From: Naegleria gruberi
Lineage: Eukaryota
Length of the DNA: 64,000 nucleotides
Strand: one strand, 5' to 3'
Assembly (NCBI GenBank): GCA_000004985.1
Contig: GG738910.1
Shown here piece after piece: positions 10,634 through 22,687 of the stretch. The position numbers were made by a program, and so were the translations under genes. The notes below the pieces were generated by a model. The model did no database searches and was not told the DNA's origin. It saw only the letters and a list, made by a program, of their open reading frames with translations. Every line of letters begins with the position of its first letter. Within the stretch, counting starts at the first letter, position 1.

Positions 10634-12637
10634 TTACAATTCGTCATGTTGAGCATCAGCAGTGTTTGCTCCTTCAGCACCTGGTTGAGCACCACCTTGG
10701 GATTGGTAGAACTTGGTCATGATTGGCTTAATTTGTTCTTCCAATCTCTTTCTTTCTTCTTCAAATTCTTCCTTGGTAGCGTCTTGGTGTTGTTCTAACC
10801 AAGAAATAGACTTCTTGGTTTCTTCTTCGATAACCTTCTTATCTTCAGCTGGGAGTTTATCCTTGAACTTTTCATCATCCAATTGATTCTTCAATTGATA
10901 AGCATAACCTTCAAGAGCGTTTCTAGCGTCAATTCTTTCCTTTTGCTTTTTGTCTTCTTCTTCAAACTTGGCAGCTTCATTGACCATTCTTTCGATATCA
11001 TCCTTATCCATATTGAGCTTGTCGTTGGTAATAGTAATACTATTTTCAACATTGGCCTTAGAATCCTTAGCGGAAACATGAAGAATACCATCAGCATCAA
11101 CTGAGAAGGTAACTTCAATTTGTGGAACACCTCTTGGTGCTGGTGGGATACCAGTCAATTCGAATTTACCCAACAAATTGTTATCCTTAGTCATGGCACG
11201 TTCACCTTGATAAACTTGAATCAAAACTCCAGGTTGGTTATCTTGATAAGTGGAGAAAATTTGTGACTTTTGAGTTGGAATCTTAGTACCTCTTGGAATC
11301 AATTTGGTCATGACACCTCCGACAGTTTCAATACCCAATGAGAGGGAAGCAATATCAACCAAGACAATGTCTTCGTCCAATTCACCACCCAAAATACCAG
11401 CTTGAATAGCAGCACCAGCTGCAACAGCTTCATCAGGATTAATTCCTTGCTTTGGCTTCTTACCATTGAAGAAGTCAACCAACAATTGTTGAACCTTTGG
11501 AATACGAGTAGAACCACCAACAAGGACAATTTCTTGAACATCTTCCTTAGAAAGTTTGGAATCTCTCAAAACTTGTTCGACTGGCTTCAAAGTCTTGACA
11601 AACAAATCGTTGTTCAATTGTTCAAACTTGGCACGAGTCAATTTAGTGGAGAAATCAATACCATCATGGAGGGATTCAATTTCAACTCTAGCTTCATGTT
11701 GTGATGACAAAACTCTCTTGGCCTTTTCAGCTTCTCTCTTGAACTTTTGGATAGCCTTCTTGTCCTTTTCGACAGAAGCAGCAACCTTTGGATTCTTTCT
11801 CTTAAATTCATCCAAGAAGAATCTAACAACTCTGTGATCAAAATCTTCACCACCCAAGTGGGTATCACCATTGGTAGCCAAGACTTCAAAGAGACCTTCA
11901 TCCAAATTCAACAAACTGACATCAAAAGTACCACCACCCAAGTCAAAAACGAGAACATTGACATCTTTCTTATTCTTATCCAATCCGTAAGCAATAGCAG
12001 CGGCTGTTGGTTCGTTGATAATACGTTCAACACTAAGACCAGCAATAGTACCAGCATCTCTGGTTGCTTGTCTTTGAGCATCGTTGAAGTAAGCTGGAAC
12101 AGTAATAACAGCTCTGGAAACCTTTTGTCCCAAATATGTTTCAGCAATAGCCTTCATCTTTTGGAGAACCATAGCAGAAATTTCTTCTGGTGCAAAAATC
12201 TTCTTTTCACCAGCAATTTCAACTTGAATATATGGTTTACCATTCTTATCGACAATCTTGTATGGCAACAAAGCAGCATCCTTTTGAACTTCGACATCGG
12301 AGAACTTACGACCAATAAGTCTCTTAGCATCATAGACAGTGTTTGTTGGATTAATAGTAGCTTGATTCTTGGCAGCTTCACCGATGAGTCTTTCACCATC
12401 TTCAGAGAAGGCAACAACAGAAGGAGTAATACGATTACCTTGGTCATTTACTATAATTTCAGCCTTTCCGTTTTTATAAATAGCAACACAGGAATATGTG
12501 GTACCCAAATCGATACCAATGATTGGACCTCCAGACTTCTTATCAGTCTTTGTGGCATTCTCTTCAGAGAAAACAAATGTAGCCACAAAGCAGATTAAAA
12601 GAAGAGCTAACAAAGCCTTCGATGTATACTTGGACAT
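10634..12637 (-). CDS. bip: ER lumenal Hsp70 chaperone BiP/GRP78 (Kar2-like), single exon, signal peptide, C-terminal HDEL
   Basis: Real ATG; N-terminal signal peptide [18 protein letters not shown]. Hsp70 signatures seen: [34 protein letters not shown]. Ends ...AQHDEL. Strong optimal-codon bias. The opposite-strand ORFs inside it (for example 11747..12598) are antisense artefacts. Confidence 0.95.
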   Translation of the reverse strand: MSKYTSKALLALLLICFVATFVFSEENATKTDKKSGGPIIGIDLGTTYSCVAIYKNGKAEIIVNDQGNRITPSVVAFSEDGERLIGEAAKNQATINPTNTVYDAKRLIGRKFSDVEVQKDAALLPYKIVDKNGKPYIQVEIAGEKKIFAPEEISAMVLQKMKAIAETYLGQKVSRAVITVPAYFNDAQRQATRDAGTIAGLSVERIINEPTAAAIAYGLDKNKKDVNVLVFDLGGGTFDVSLLNLDEGLFEVLATNGDTHLGGEDFDHRVVRFFLDEFKRKNPKVAASVEKDKKAIQKFKREAEKAKRVLSSQHEARVEIESLHDGIDFSTKLTRAKFEQLNNDLFVKTLKPVEQVLRDSKLSKEDVQEIVLVGGSTRIPKVQQLLVDFFNGKKPKQGINPDEAVAAGAAIQAGILGGELDEDIVLVDIASLSLGIETVGGVMTKLIPRGTKIPTQKSQIFSTYQDNQPGVLIQVYQGERAMTKDNNLLGKFELTGIPPAPRGVPQIEVTFSVDADGILHVSAKDSKANVENSITITNDKLNMDKDDIERMVNEAAKFEEEDKKQKERIDARNALEGYAYQLKNQLDDEKFKDKLPAEDKKVIEEETKKSISWLEQHQDATKEEFEEERKRLEEQIKPIMTKFYQSQGGAQPGAEGANTADAQHDEL

Positions 12638-12913
12638 GTTGAGTTATTTTTTTTTGCTTTGATGATTCTGCAAATTTGAGTGGAATTTATTTGTGGGCTT
12701 ACAACAATTCCGAACACGTGTTCCTTGGGTGGGTAACTTCCGGAAGTAAGTAATAATTTCTCTCTTTTGGGTTGGATAACAGAGAAACACGAAAACAATT
12801 TGAAAAGTCAAAATGAATTTCTTACTCTGTATGTTGTCCACTCCATACCTAAATTTTAAAAACTCTACAGTTGTTTTTTAATTTAAATATTTAATATAAT
12901 TTATAAAAAGAAC

Positions 12914-14078
12914 ATGAAGGTTAAGGCTCTGTAAGTTTTGCGAACAGTTAAATTTTTATAGCTTTTTCAGGATTCTCGTTGGTGGCTATGGAACAAGACT
13001 TCGTCCACTTACTTTCTCAACTGCCAAGCCTCTTATTCACTTTGCAAATAAGCCAATAGTTGTTCATCAAATTGAAGCATTGAAGAAGGCAGGATGTACA
13101 GAGATTGTTCTTGCTGTAAATTATAAGCCACAAGAAATGATTGATGCTATGAAGAAGTATGAAGAAAAGTATCAAGTTAAGATTACATATTCCGTGGAAA
13201 ATGAACCATTAGGTACAGCTGGACCTTTGGCCCTTGCCAGGGATATTCTTGTTGCTGATGAGAATGAATACTTCTTTGTTTTAAATTCTGATGTTATTTG
13301 TGAATATTCGTTTGATGAACTGTTGGATTATCATAAGTATCATGGAAAGGAAGGAACCATTATGGTAACTAAAGTTGATGATCCTAGTAAATATGGTGTA
13401 GTTGTTACACAAGATGGAAAACAAGGTGAAATAGAAAAATTTGTTGAGAAACCAAAGACTTTTGTTGGTGACAGAATCAACGCTGGTATTTATGTGTTTA
13501 GTACAAAAGTGTTAGAAAGAATTGAATTGAGACCAACCAGTATTGAAAGAGAAATCTTTCCATTTATGGCCAGGGATAATGAATTATATGCAATGGATTT
13601 AAATGGCTTCTGGATGGATATTGGTCAACCAAAGGACTATATTACTGGTATGTGTTTGTATTTGTCTAGTGACAAACACAAGACAGAAAACAATCAACAA
13701 TTTGCTAAGAATCCAGAAGATGGTTCTTACCAAATAATCAATGAATCCTCAGTTCTGGTTGGAGAAAATGTTAAAATTGGAAAAGGAGCAATGATTGGAC
13801 CTAACGTAGTGCTTGGTGATAATGTCATTATAGAAGAAGGAGCCAGAGTTACTAGGTCAACAATTTTTGAATCAGCTTGGGTTAAACAACACGCTCTTGT
13901 TAAATCATCTATTATTGGCTGGAAGAGTTCTGTTGGTAAATGGTCAAGAGTGACAAATAACACAGTTCTAGGAGAAGACACACATGTCGACAATGAGATA
14001 TTTGTCAACGAGATCAAGGTGTTGCCTCACAAGACAATAAGTAGTGATGTGCTTGAACCAGGTCAAATAATAATGTAA
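12914..14078 (+). CDS. gmpp: mannose-1-phosphate guanylyltransferase (GDP-mannose pyrophosphorylase); join(12914..12930,12971..14078), 40-nt intron GTAAGT..TTTTTCAG after codon 6
   Basis: Track ORF 13080.. lacks the N-terminus. Exon 1 ATGAAGGTTAAGGCTCT spliced to G ATT CTC GTT GGT GGC gives MKVKALILVGGYGTRLRPLT (the canonical G-x-G-T-R-L N-terminus). Further matches: DIGQPKDYITG, left-handed beta-helix C-terminus, ends IIM like Psa1. Confidence 0.9.
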
Positions 14079-14886
14079 ATGAATGATTAAGAAATTTCAT
14101 TTTTATGGAGATATCAAAATTAAGGAAATTAAAAAATGAATAATACGCATTGATGCGTTCCTTGAAATAAAGAAATATATGTTTCATTGTTTTTAAATTT
14201 CCTTTTTTACGTTTTTTTCTATGTTTTGGAACAAAAAAAATATGGAGCAGTAGCTGACAGACCATCTGGATACAAGCGTTGTTTATGTGAAGGTATCTCA
14301 GAAGGTTTTCAATTATGGATGGCCAGATATTTTGGTTAGACTCTCAGATGTTGATAGAGGAGTTTCAATTAGAATTCCAAGATCGAGCGAAGCAGAAAAA
14401 AGGATACTTTGAACACAGAAGACCAGCTAGTAATGCTGATCCTTATATTATTTCTTCCTTGATCACTAACAACACTATTCTGTTGTAAGAAAGCATGAAT
14501 AACAAGTTGCTCATTTATTTAAAGAATGTATATACACCATTGGTTGCTGTTGAAGGAAACATAAGAAAACTTTTATCTAAAGTAATTTGATTGGAATAGA
14601 ATTGGACAATATCTGAAGCTGGGAATTGATAAATTATTTAACGAGTTTGGAAATCTTGAGATAGTGGAGTGGAAATCTGTATGAACTTATGTGAAAGTAA
14701 CGAATTTTCCAAAATTTAAAAGATTTCACAATATTTTCTGGCAACTTTCCTAAGAGGCAATGTAGTTCGTTTGCAATAATTTTAGTAATGATGAGCCGTT
14801 TTTTTAATAATATTATTAAGAGTGCACGGTTGTTGTGGTGAGGTGAGACGAAATATTGTGGTGCTCGCCCTTAATTATTATAAACA

Positions 14887-15894
14887 ATGCAAATAAAAAT
14901 GTCGGAATTACGTGTTCAACCTCTCGTTCTCACCGATCAGGATGTTGTTTTAGTAACAGGAGGAACCGGTCTCTTTGGTAAAGCCGTTGAACATGTTGTC
15001 AAACAAGATAATTTGCCAGGAAGTTGGGTTTTCTTAGGATCTAAGGATGGTGATTTACGTGATTTGAGTGCTTGTAAAGCACTTTTTGAAAAATACAAAC
15101 CAACCTATGTTTTACATTTGGCTGCTTTTGTTGGAGGTCTTTTCAAGAATATGAATTTTAAAGTCAGTTTCTGGCTCGACAATGTGAATATGAATAATAA
15201 TATTCTCTCATGTTGTTATGAATATGGAGTTAAAAAGACCATCTCTTGTTTATCTACTTGTGTCTTTCCGGACAAGATTGAATATCCAATTACTGAAGAT
15301 AAACTCCATGTAGGTCCACCACACTTTTCCAATGATGCCTATGCCTATGCCAAGAGAATGTTGGACATGTTGAGTGTTTGGTATAACGAACAAGCTGTTC
15401 GTGAAGGAAAGGAAAGCAGATTCTCAAGTGTTATCCCAACTAATCTCTATGGACCACACGATAATTTCAATGTTGAAAATGGTCACGTTTTGCCAGGTTT
15501 AATGCACAAGTGTTACAAGGCCCAAAAGGGAGGTTCCGATTTTATTGTTTATGGTTCTGGTAAGCCATTGAGACAATTCTTATTTTCACATGATGCTGCT
15601 CGTATGTTGTTGTGGACCATGTTGAATTATCAATCACAAGAACCAATCATGTTGTGTGTGAGTGAGGAAGATGAAAAGAGTATTGGACAAGTTGCTCAAA
15701 GTATCAAGGATGCTTTCAATTTTTCTGGAAATATGATTTTCGATACATCAAAGGCTGATGGTCAATTTAAGAAGACTGCCAGCAATGCCAAGATGTTACG
15801 TTTGAATCCAACCTTTAAATACACTCCATTTGATGAAGCCATCAAGACAACTGTACAATGGTTCTTGGATAATTATGAAACTGCTAGAAAATAA
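14887..15894 (+). CDS. ger: GDP-L-fucose synthase (GDP-4-keto-6-deoxymannose 3,5-epimerase/4-reductase; GER/FX/TSTA3-like), single exon
   Basis: Rossmann N-terminus VLVTGGTGLFGKAV; catalytic YAYAKRM (Y-x-x-x-K). SDR-extended fold of ~335 aa, typical of FX proteins. Confidence 0.9.
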   Translation: MQIKMSELRVQPLVLTDQDVVLVTGGTGLFGKAVEHVVKQDNLPGSWVFLGSKDGDLRDLSACKALFEKYKPTYVLHLAAFVGGLFKNMNFKVSFWLDNVNMNNNILSCCYEYGVKKTISCLSTCVFPDKIEYPITEDKLHVGPPHFSNDAYAYAKRMLDMLSVWYNEQAVREGKESRFSSVIPTNLYGPHDNFNVENGHVLPGLMHKCYKAQKGGSDFIVYGSGKPLRQFLFSHDAARMLLWTMLNYQSQEPIMLCVSEEDEKSIGQVAQSIKDAFNFSGNMIFDTSKADGQFKKTASNAKMLRLNPTFKYTPFDEAIKTTVQWFLDNYETARK

Positions 15895-16441
15895 ACAAAT
15901 AAAAATATTTCTTAATTGTTTTTTTGCAGGGTTTGGCACTAAACTGATACATTCCAACAAACTCTCTTGTTCCATTTCTTACCATGTCATTTGATATTTG
16001 AGATAATTTCACCACTTCATTTCAATTTTAGCCCTTGGACGAACGAATTCTTTAAATTCTATATTCTCTTGTTTAGAAATATTAATTGCATATAAATCAG
16101 TTAAGGTTCTGATTTTATAGAAAAAGGTAGATAGAAATATATCCAGAAAAATATAAATAGAATGCAAGTTTTTCATTTTTGTTTGTAGAAGACTATGACA
16201 TAAATAATTGTGCATGAGATAGATATTCATGAATAGAGTATATCATAAAAATAAGTTCAGCTTCTGATAGATCTGGAAATTGTTTCAAATTTTCAAAATA
16301 CTCCTTTGTTTGCTGGTAGTTTCTTCTTCGCTTGAATAGTTCAAGACCATACCACGAGTGAAATCTTTGAAATTGGGAACATTTTCTTCCAATTCAAATC
16401 TTTCAAATCATTCAAAAGTCTAGCATCTATCAGTTTCAAAC

Positions 16442-18199
16442 ATGAATCAACATTCATCTCATCTTTCATTCTTATTAAACGACTTGAGGGTCGCTGTGCT
16501 TAGTTTCCAGCCAAAATTTTTGTGCAAAAAAATGAACCTGCAATCATTTTCACTTTCCCCTACGCCAAAATTACGTTTTTTAACCAAAGCAGCTGTGATA
16601 GTATTTGTGATGGTGGCCTTTTTGTTGTGGAGAACTAAAAAAGACAGGTTCTCTAATAATATTCTTATTAAGGAAGATGAGACCAATCAAGCAAAACAAA
16701 CAATAGAACAACAAGTTGCAAAACTAACAACGGAACAAAAACTCAAGAAACAAGCACAACATTCTGACGATACAAAAATTTATCACCAAATTGCTGATCT
16801 TTTAACAAGACCAAGTGGTGTTGGTTCTTACGACTGGTATAAGCAACAACTTGAAAAATACAATTCAATCGGTAATACAACATTTAAGGATTCATATGTT
16901 TCAAGAATAGGATTTAAAAATGAAGAAATAACTTCGCCTAATTGGTTTCATTACTTCAGAACTTACAAGGTCAAAGAAGTATGCTCAAAACAGCATTCAT
17001 GTGAGATACTTCCATTCTCTTCAGCTCAAAGCGAACTCTCAAGAGGAGTAAAATTGGATGCAATCATCTATCATGATAAGTACAGTGAAGGAATTCTCGT
17101 GTCTGGACCTAAAGACATACCAGAACAAGTTAGTGTCAAAAAATTCCAAGAAACAATCAAATCATATGGTTTTTTAAATTCTGTTGAAGAAATATCAAAC
17201 AAGATTGATTCAGAGCTCGGGGAAACTCTTTGGAGAATGTTAAGAAGATTAACATTTTACATGAATGGGGAATCTGTTGTTAGAAACATTATTTCTGGAT
17301 ATTTGCAAACAAAAGATGATCCAGCATCAATGGAAAGATTTTCAAGCACTTCAATAGATGTTTCAGTTTGTTTTTTTAGAAGTTGTACTTTATTCAACAA
17401 TTATCTTTATTACCCAATTAATTTGCTATCGCCAAAGTTTGCCAAAAACACACAAACAAAACCTGGTTTGTGTGCTTTTATTTCAAATTGTGTAGCAGAA
17501 TCTCATGCAACTCAAAGATTACAAATCTTGGAACAACTTTCAACATACCTTCCTGTAAGACAATATGGAAAATGTGGTAGAAATGCATATGAAACTAACG
17601 GAGGTAAGATGTTCGAACTTGAACATAATTGCAAGATTTACTTTGCCATGGAAAACTCAGTAGTTCCAGATTATATTACTGAAAAATTATATGAAGGCTT
17701 CAAATCTATGGAGAATGGCGGAAGATTATTGATGGTTTACAAAGGTCCACCAAATATTGCTGATTTCAAATATCCAAAATCTGCATTCATCAATGTGGAT
17801 GATTTCTCCTCAATTGATGAGTTGGGACAATATTTGAAAAAGTTGAACGAAAATGAAGATGAATTCAATAAGAGATTTGCTGAACTAGAAAGAGACAGAG
17901 TCCAAATCAATCATGCAATTAAGATGATGAGACCAAGTCTTTCAAATTTCATCCCTTGCAGAATGTGTAAAATTGTTGGACAAACTAAATTAGCTAGATA
18001 CCTATTGTTCAAAATCGGATTACAAGTACAAAAGAAAAAACTCAACTATAGGGAATGGGATGAATTCAAGAAGCAATTCGATTATATAGGGCCAGAGAGG
18101 ATGGCAATCCTTGATTCTATTTATCTCAGAGCTTATGCAAATCAATTCCACTCAGAAAATATAAACACTGATATCAATGACGATGAAGTTTGGAAATAA
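16442..18199 (+). CDS. GT10 alpha-1,3/4-fucosyltransferase paralog A (type II membrane protein, long stem)
   Basis: Real ATG. TM segment AAVIVFVMVAFLLW near the N-terminus. Seen: C-terminal GT10 motif CKIYFAMENSVVPDYITEKLYEGF (the FucT 'alpha1,3 motif'), upstream CAFISNC and C-terminal CRMC cysteines. Confidence 0.85.
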   Translation: MNQHSSHLSFLLNDLRVAVLSFQPKFLCKKMNLQSFSLSPTPKLRFLTKAAVIVFVMVAFLLWRTKKDRFSNNILIKEDETNQAKQTIEQQVAKLTTEQKLKKQAQHSDDTKIYHQIADLLTRPSGVGSYDWYKQQLEKYNSIGNTTFKDSYVSRIGFKNEEITSPNWFHYFRTYKVKEVCSKQHSCEILPFSSAQSELSRGVKLDAIIYHDKYSEGILVSGPKDIPEQVSVKKFQETIKSYGFLNSVEEISNKIDSELGETLWRMLRRLTFYMNGESVVRNIISGYLQTKDDPASMERFSSTSIDVSVCFFRSCTLFNNYLYYPINLLSPKFAKNTQTKPGLCAFISNCVAESHATQRLQILEQLSTYLPVRQYGKCGRNAYETNGGKMFELEHNCKIYFAMENSVVPDYITEKLYEGFKSMENGGRLLMVYKGPPNIADFKYPKSAFINVDDFSSIDELGQYLKKLNENEDEFNKRFAELERDRVQINHAIKMMRPSLSNFIPCRMCKIVGQTKLARYLLFKIGLQVQKKKLNYREWDEFKKQFDYIGPERMAILDSIYLRAYANQFHSENINTDINDDEVWK

Positions 18200-19145
18200 A
18201 AACTAAAATTCTGTATCAACTGTTAAAAACGCTGTATATGCCTTCGAATATGAATTTACTGCAATTGGTTATGCATCGAATTAGAAGCAATTCTCACATG
18301 ACTGATAATGTTTATTCGTAATGAATGATTCAGATCAATAAATCTTGCTGACGATTATTCAATAATAACCGTATACTGGTATACTACCTTCGGTGTCAAT
18401 AATATGGTATTCAGTTAGTGCAAGGCCAAATTGATAGAAAAATTCACATAACTGGAGGATACAAAATCAGCAATCCAACCAGAATTCAAATAAACCAATT
18501 TTCTTCATACTTGGAAAGAGTCTCGATTGGATATTGATAATTTGCTTCTTACCATTTCGATCATGGGATTTCGCTACACCAAAAAACTGAACCGAAGGTC
18601 CTTCACATTTAAGTGGTGATAACTCTATCATTAATTCGGTAAGTTGTCGATCTATTCGAATTACCATTGTTTTCTAGTTCTGTATCTGAGGAAATTAATT
18701 GCATAGGGAAACTGTGAAAATATTTTTAAGCAAAGTAATCCATATTCTGGTAGAAGTACTTGTTTTCAACTAGGTATCAATTATTCAGGTCTGAGAGTGG
18801 TTGGAGCCTGATATAGTCATGATGATATTCCCATTAACTTTCTGTGTTATTATTGAAGAGATGTATGTTGAAAGAGAAACAAGTTTTATAAGTTAATTAA
18901 TCATGAATACTTAAGTAATTGAGAGGAATGTGTACAACGGTCGATTCGGAATTTGTTGTTGACTATTAATCGTCCTATTGATCTTCTTTAATAATGATGA
19001 TCATCGAGGAAGCTGTTATTAACATTGGCTTTTCATAAGTTGAAAGATAAGATCGGAGGTTCAGCATGCAACGTTAATGCTGTTAAGCTATCACATGGCT
19101 AAAGTAAATATTCTACGGAATCTCGTTATTTAAAAAACAATAAAA

Positions 19146-20312
19146 ATGTCTGAACCAACTGCTATTGATATTACTCAAATTCCACCTCAAATTCATCATA
19201 CAAAAGTGGCCTTAATTTCTGGTGTAACTGGACAGGACGGTTCTTACCTCGCAGAATTGCTCTTGGAAAAGGGATACACCGTTTACGGTATTATTAGACG
19301 TTCATCATCATTCAATACCGGTAGAGTTGAACACTTGTGTAAGGACATGCACGTTCTTTCTTCCAGTATGTTATTTAAATTCATGATTAATACTAAAATT
19401 TAGATAGGATTCAAGCTTGTTTATGGTGATTTGACTGATACTGGGAATCTTATTTCCATAATATCAAAGATTAAGCCTGATGAAATTTATAATCTCGGTG
19501 CTCAATCTCATGTTAAAGTCAGCTTTGAGATGCCTGAATACACTGCTAATGTTGATGCTGTTGGTACATTGAGAATGTTGGAAGCTATTCGTGCTTGTGG
19601 ATTAGAAAAGAAGACAAGATTTTATCAAGCTAGTACTTCTGAATTGTATGGTTTGGTTCAAGAAATCCCCCAAAAAGAAACCACTCCTTTCTATCCTCGT
19701 TCTCCTTATGCTTGTGCAAAGTTGTATAGTTACTGGATTGTCATTAATTATAGAGAAGCTTACAACATGTTTGCTTTGAACGGAATTCTTTTCAATCACG
19801 AAAGTATTAGAAGAGGACCAACATTTGTAACCAGAAAGATCACTATGGCTGTTGCTCGTATTCATCTTGGATTGCAAGATTGTTTGTATTTGGGTAATTT
19901 GGATGCTGAAAGAGATTGGGGGCATGCCAAGGATTATGTTAAAGCTATGTGGTTGATGCTTCAACAAGAAAAGCCAGCCGATTACTGTGTTGCCACTGGT
20001 GAGAAACACAAGGTTAGAGAATTTGTTGAAAAATCTTTTGCTGTTCTCGGAAGGAGGGTTGAATGGAAAGGAACACCAGGTACAGTTGATGAATACGGAG
20101 AAGTGGACGGTATTGTTAGAGTTAAAGTAGATCCTAGTTATTTCAGACCAACCGAAGTTGAACTCTTGATTGGTGATCCAACAAAGGCAGAAACTGAATT
20201 AGGATGGAACAGAAATGTTGGTTTTGATGAATTGGTGAAGGGAATGGTAGAAGGAGATGTTGAACTTTTACAAAAGGATGATGTTGAACTTGTTAAGAAG
20301 CAGTATCACTAA
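19146..20312 (+). CDS. gmd: GDP-mannose 4,6-dehydratase; join(19146..19365,19408..20312), 42-nt intron GTATGT..ATAG
   Basis: Track ORFs 19146..19403 and 19431..20312 are in the same frame, separated by a TAG inside a GTATGT...AG segment. Splicing gives ...[31 protein letters not shown] blocks seen: [62 protein letters not shown]. Confidence 0.93.
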
Positions 20313-20630
20313 TAAATGAAATTCCCTTTATAAATCCTGGAACCTTCTTGCTGCTTCAAGAACATCTTGTAAAAATGGTTTTTGCACGTTATGAATTCTA
20401 ATAGTTGGAATCTTAAAACTTTGATCACAATGATATCATGTTCAGTTGAACTATTAGTGAAACTATCACTACCTGAATTATAAATATAATAATTGTTGAT
20501 TGTTATTGACTTTTCTTTATTCAACAAACAATTTCCGTTCTCTATGTTGTTCTTCTCTGGGTTTTATATTAAATAGGAACAATTTAATAAATTTATTCAA
20601 TCACGACAATTAAGATTTATTTTTTAAAAA

Positions 20631-22109
20631 ATGACCATCAAAATGAGGAAGGCAATCATATCAATTCTTTGCTATTTATTGTCTTCATTTCTGTTGTATT
20701 ATTTGTTTTCTGTGAGGAGAGAGACTGCGCCTGTTAAAACCACGTTACTTAAACCATTAGATTCTACTCCAATCTTCGAATTAACAAACCCTTCCCATAT
20801 GGAAAATTCTTTTATGTGGTATTTAAGGCAAATTAAGGACCAGAAAATAGGACATGAACCTCTCTTAGAACCAATTAATTTTGCTTTTGATAGCATAAAA
20901 CTTAATGATAAGAAATGGTTTCACTTTTTTTATGATGAAGATAACAACACAAAGCAATGTAAAGTTAAAGGGTGTAAACTATTTTCCATTGATGCATCAA
21001 TAATCTCTAAAAGATTAGATGCAATAATCTACAATGTTTATATGGCCAATGGTCCAGAAATATCGAAAAAATTGTTCGAAAAATCGACAGGTAATGGAAA
21101 GAATGCCTTGCTTTCTTTAAAGAAAGTGTACAAGCAATTGAATTCAACTGCTATGGATAAGGAATTTGCAAACACTATATGGAAAGAAATGGCTCCTTTG
21201 AAAATTGTTTTTAGTTATGAACAATATACTGTAGGGGTTGTCAATCAACATATTGATTATATAGATATAAGTGGATGCAGCCATAGAAATTGTTCTATCT
21301 TTTGTGGATATAATTTTAACACAATCCAACTTGATGAAAAGGTGATAGGGACTAAAAAGAGCACGCATAATTCATTGTGTTCATTTATTTCAAATTGTGA
21401 TGTAATTGATGCAGCCCGAAGAATTCAAGATGTACTAAAGTTATCCACTTTTGTTAATGGAAGACATTATGGACAATGTGGAAAGAATGTTGCTGAAGAT
21501 TCCAGAGGAAAATTATATGAATTAGAGCATAATTGTAAATTTTATACTGCTTTTGAGAATACTAGAAAGGAAGATTATGTAACTGAGAAGTTTTTTGAAG
21601 GAATTAAGGCAATAGAGAATGGAGCAAAGGTATTGATGATTTATGATGGGGCTACAAATGTTGAAAGTTTCGGATTTCCAAAAGATGTTTTCATTAATAG
21701 AAACGACTTTAGCTCGGTGGATGAATTGGGAAAATATTTAAAGTCACTGAGTGAAGATGAATTATTATTCAACCAAACTTTTCTGAGGGCTTTTTCAAAA
21801 CAGAATATACCAATCATCGAAAAAGTCTTTAATTATCATTATTTGAAAAGAACCGACACAACAGTATGTAGAATGTGTACATCTATTGCAGAGGTGAAAC
21901 TCGCTAGGTACCTTCTTTACAAATGTGGATTGTTTGAGAAGGCTACATGGGGTGAATTTCGAGAGAGAATGAAAGTATTGCTTAGTAATGAGTCAAATAG
22001 ACTTTCTATTCTTGACTCAATGTTTGAAATTGCTTATGGAAGAGTGTTCAAGAAAAATTTGTCTGAAACAAATTGGAATGACTATAGCTATAACTATAAC
22101 ACACCTTAA
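20631..22109 (+). CDS. GT10 alpha-1,3/4-fucosyltransferase paralog B (type II membrane protein)
   Basis: Real ATG. TM IISILCYLLSSFLLYYLF. GT10 motif CKFYTAFENTRKEDYVTEKFFEGI, CSFISNC, C-terminal CRMC. Roughly 45% identical to paralog A across the catalytic domain. Confidence 0.85.
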   Translation: MTIKMRKAIISILCYLLSSFLLYYLFSVRRETAPVKTTLLKPLDSTPIFELTNPSHMENSFMWYLRQIKDQKIGHEPLLEPINFAFDSIKLNDKKWFHFFYDEDNNTKQCKVKGCKLFSIDASIISKRLDAIIYNVYMANGPEISKKLFEKSTGNGKNALLSLKKVYKQLNSTAMDKEFANTIWKEMAPLKIVFSYEQYTVGVVNQHIDYIDISGCSHRNCSIFCGYNFNTIQLDEKVIGTKKSTHNSLCSFISNCDVIDAARRIQDVLKLSTFVNGRHYGQCGKNVAEDSRGKLYELEHNCKFYTAFENTRKEDYVTEKFFEGIKAIENGAKVLMIYDGATNVESFGFPKDVFINRNDFSSVDELGKYLKSLSEDELLFNQTFLRAFSKQNIPIIEKVFNYHYLKRTDTTVCRMCTSIAEVKLARYLLYKCGLFEKATWGEFRERMKVLLSNESNRLSILDSMFEIAYGRVFKKNLSETNWNDYSYNYNTP

Positions 22110-22687
22110 TGGTACTTCCAGGTTGGAATTTTGAGACAATTCAGTAGTCACCAAAAAGAAGATGAAACTCAAATAAATATATATGCTATAGTCAACTAGT
22201 GTAAACAATTTAAAGGAGTTCTGGTTTCTATGCATGGCAAAATTCCACAATCAATCTCTGGGCAACAGGGATAATTCCACAAAATATCTTGTAATATACC
22301 TATTCAAAGGAAGCTGTTGTGGATGGGTGCCAGAACAATCAAACTAGTAACATCATTTTGATGGTCTAAATAATATTGAAATAGGTGTCCAAAAATATGG
22401 AAACCGGGTTCAACTCTTTTTCTTTTGTCTGCCACTAACGGATTCTATGCATGTTTATAAATCCTTTGATTTGCAATCATGTAAACTACATCTTCTGATG
22501 CGTTCGGTATTCCAAAATCGGTGTTTGGAAACTATCTCTTTTTGCTTAGGGACATGAATACTATTAATGACTGGGAAGGTACTATCAATCAGAAATACTC
22601 TGTTAGTTATTAAGCCTATATAAAATGAAAATGAAGCTGACCGTTGTTGACTGATTTTGTAGTATTTAATTATCAATTGTGCGTAAT

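Noticed and set aside
10883-12598. Several plus-strand ORFs (up to 283 aa) overlapping the BiP locus
   Set aside because: They are antisense or alternative frames of a highly conserved Hsp70 coding sequence, with low-complexity translations and no start context.
18376-18600. CCTTCGG / CCGAAGG inverted motif pair and GTATACT tandem in the FucT-A/GMD spacer
   Set aside because: The motifs are short and could arise by chance. I could see no supporting repeat copies elsewhere in the window.
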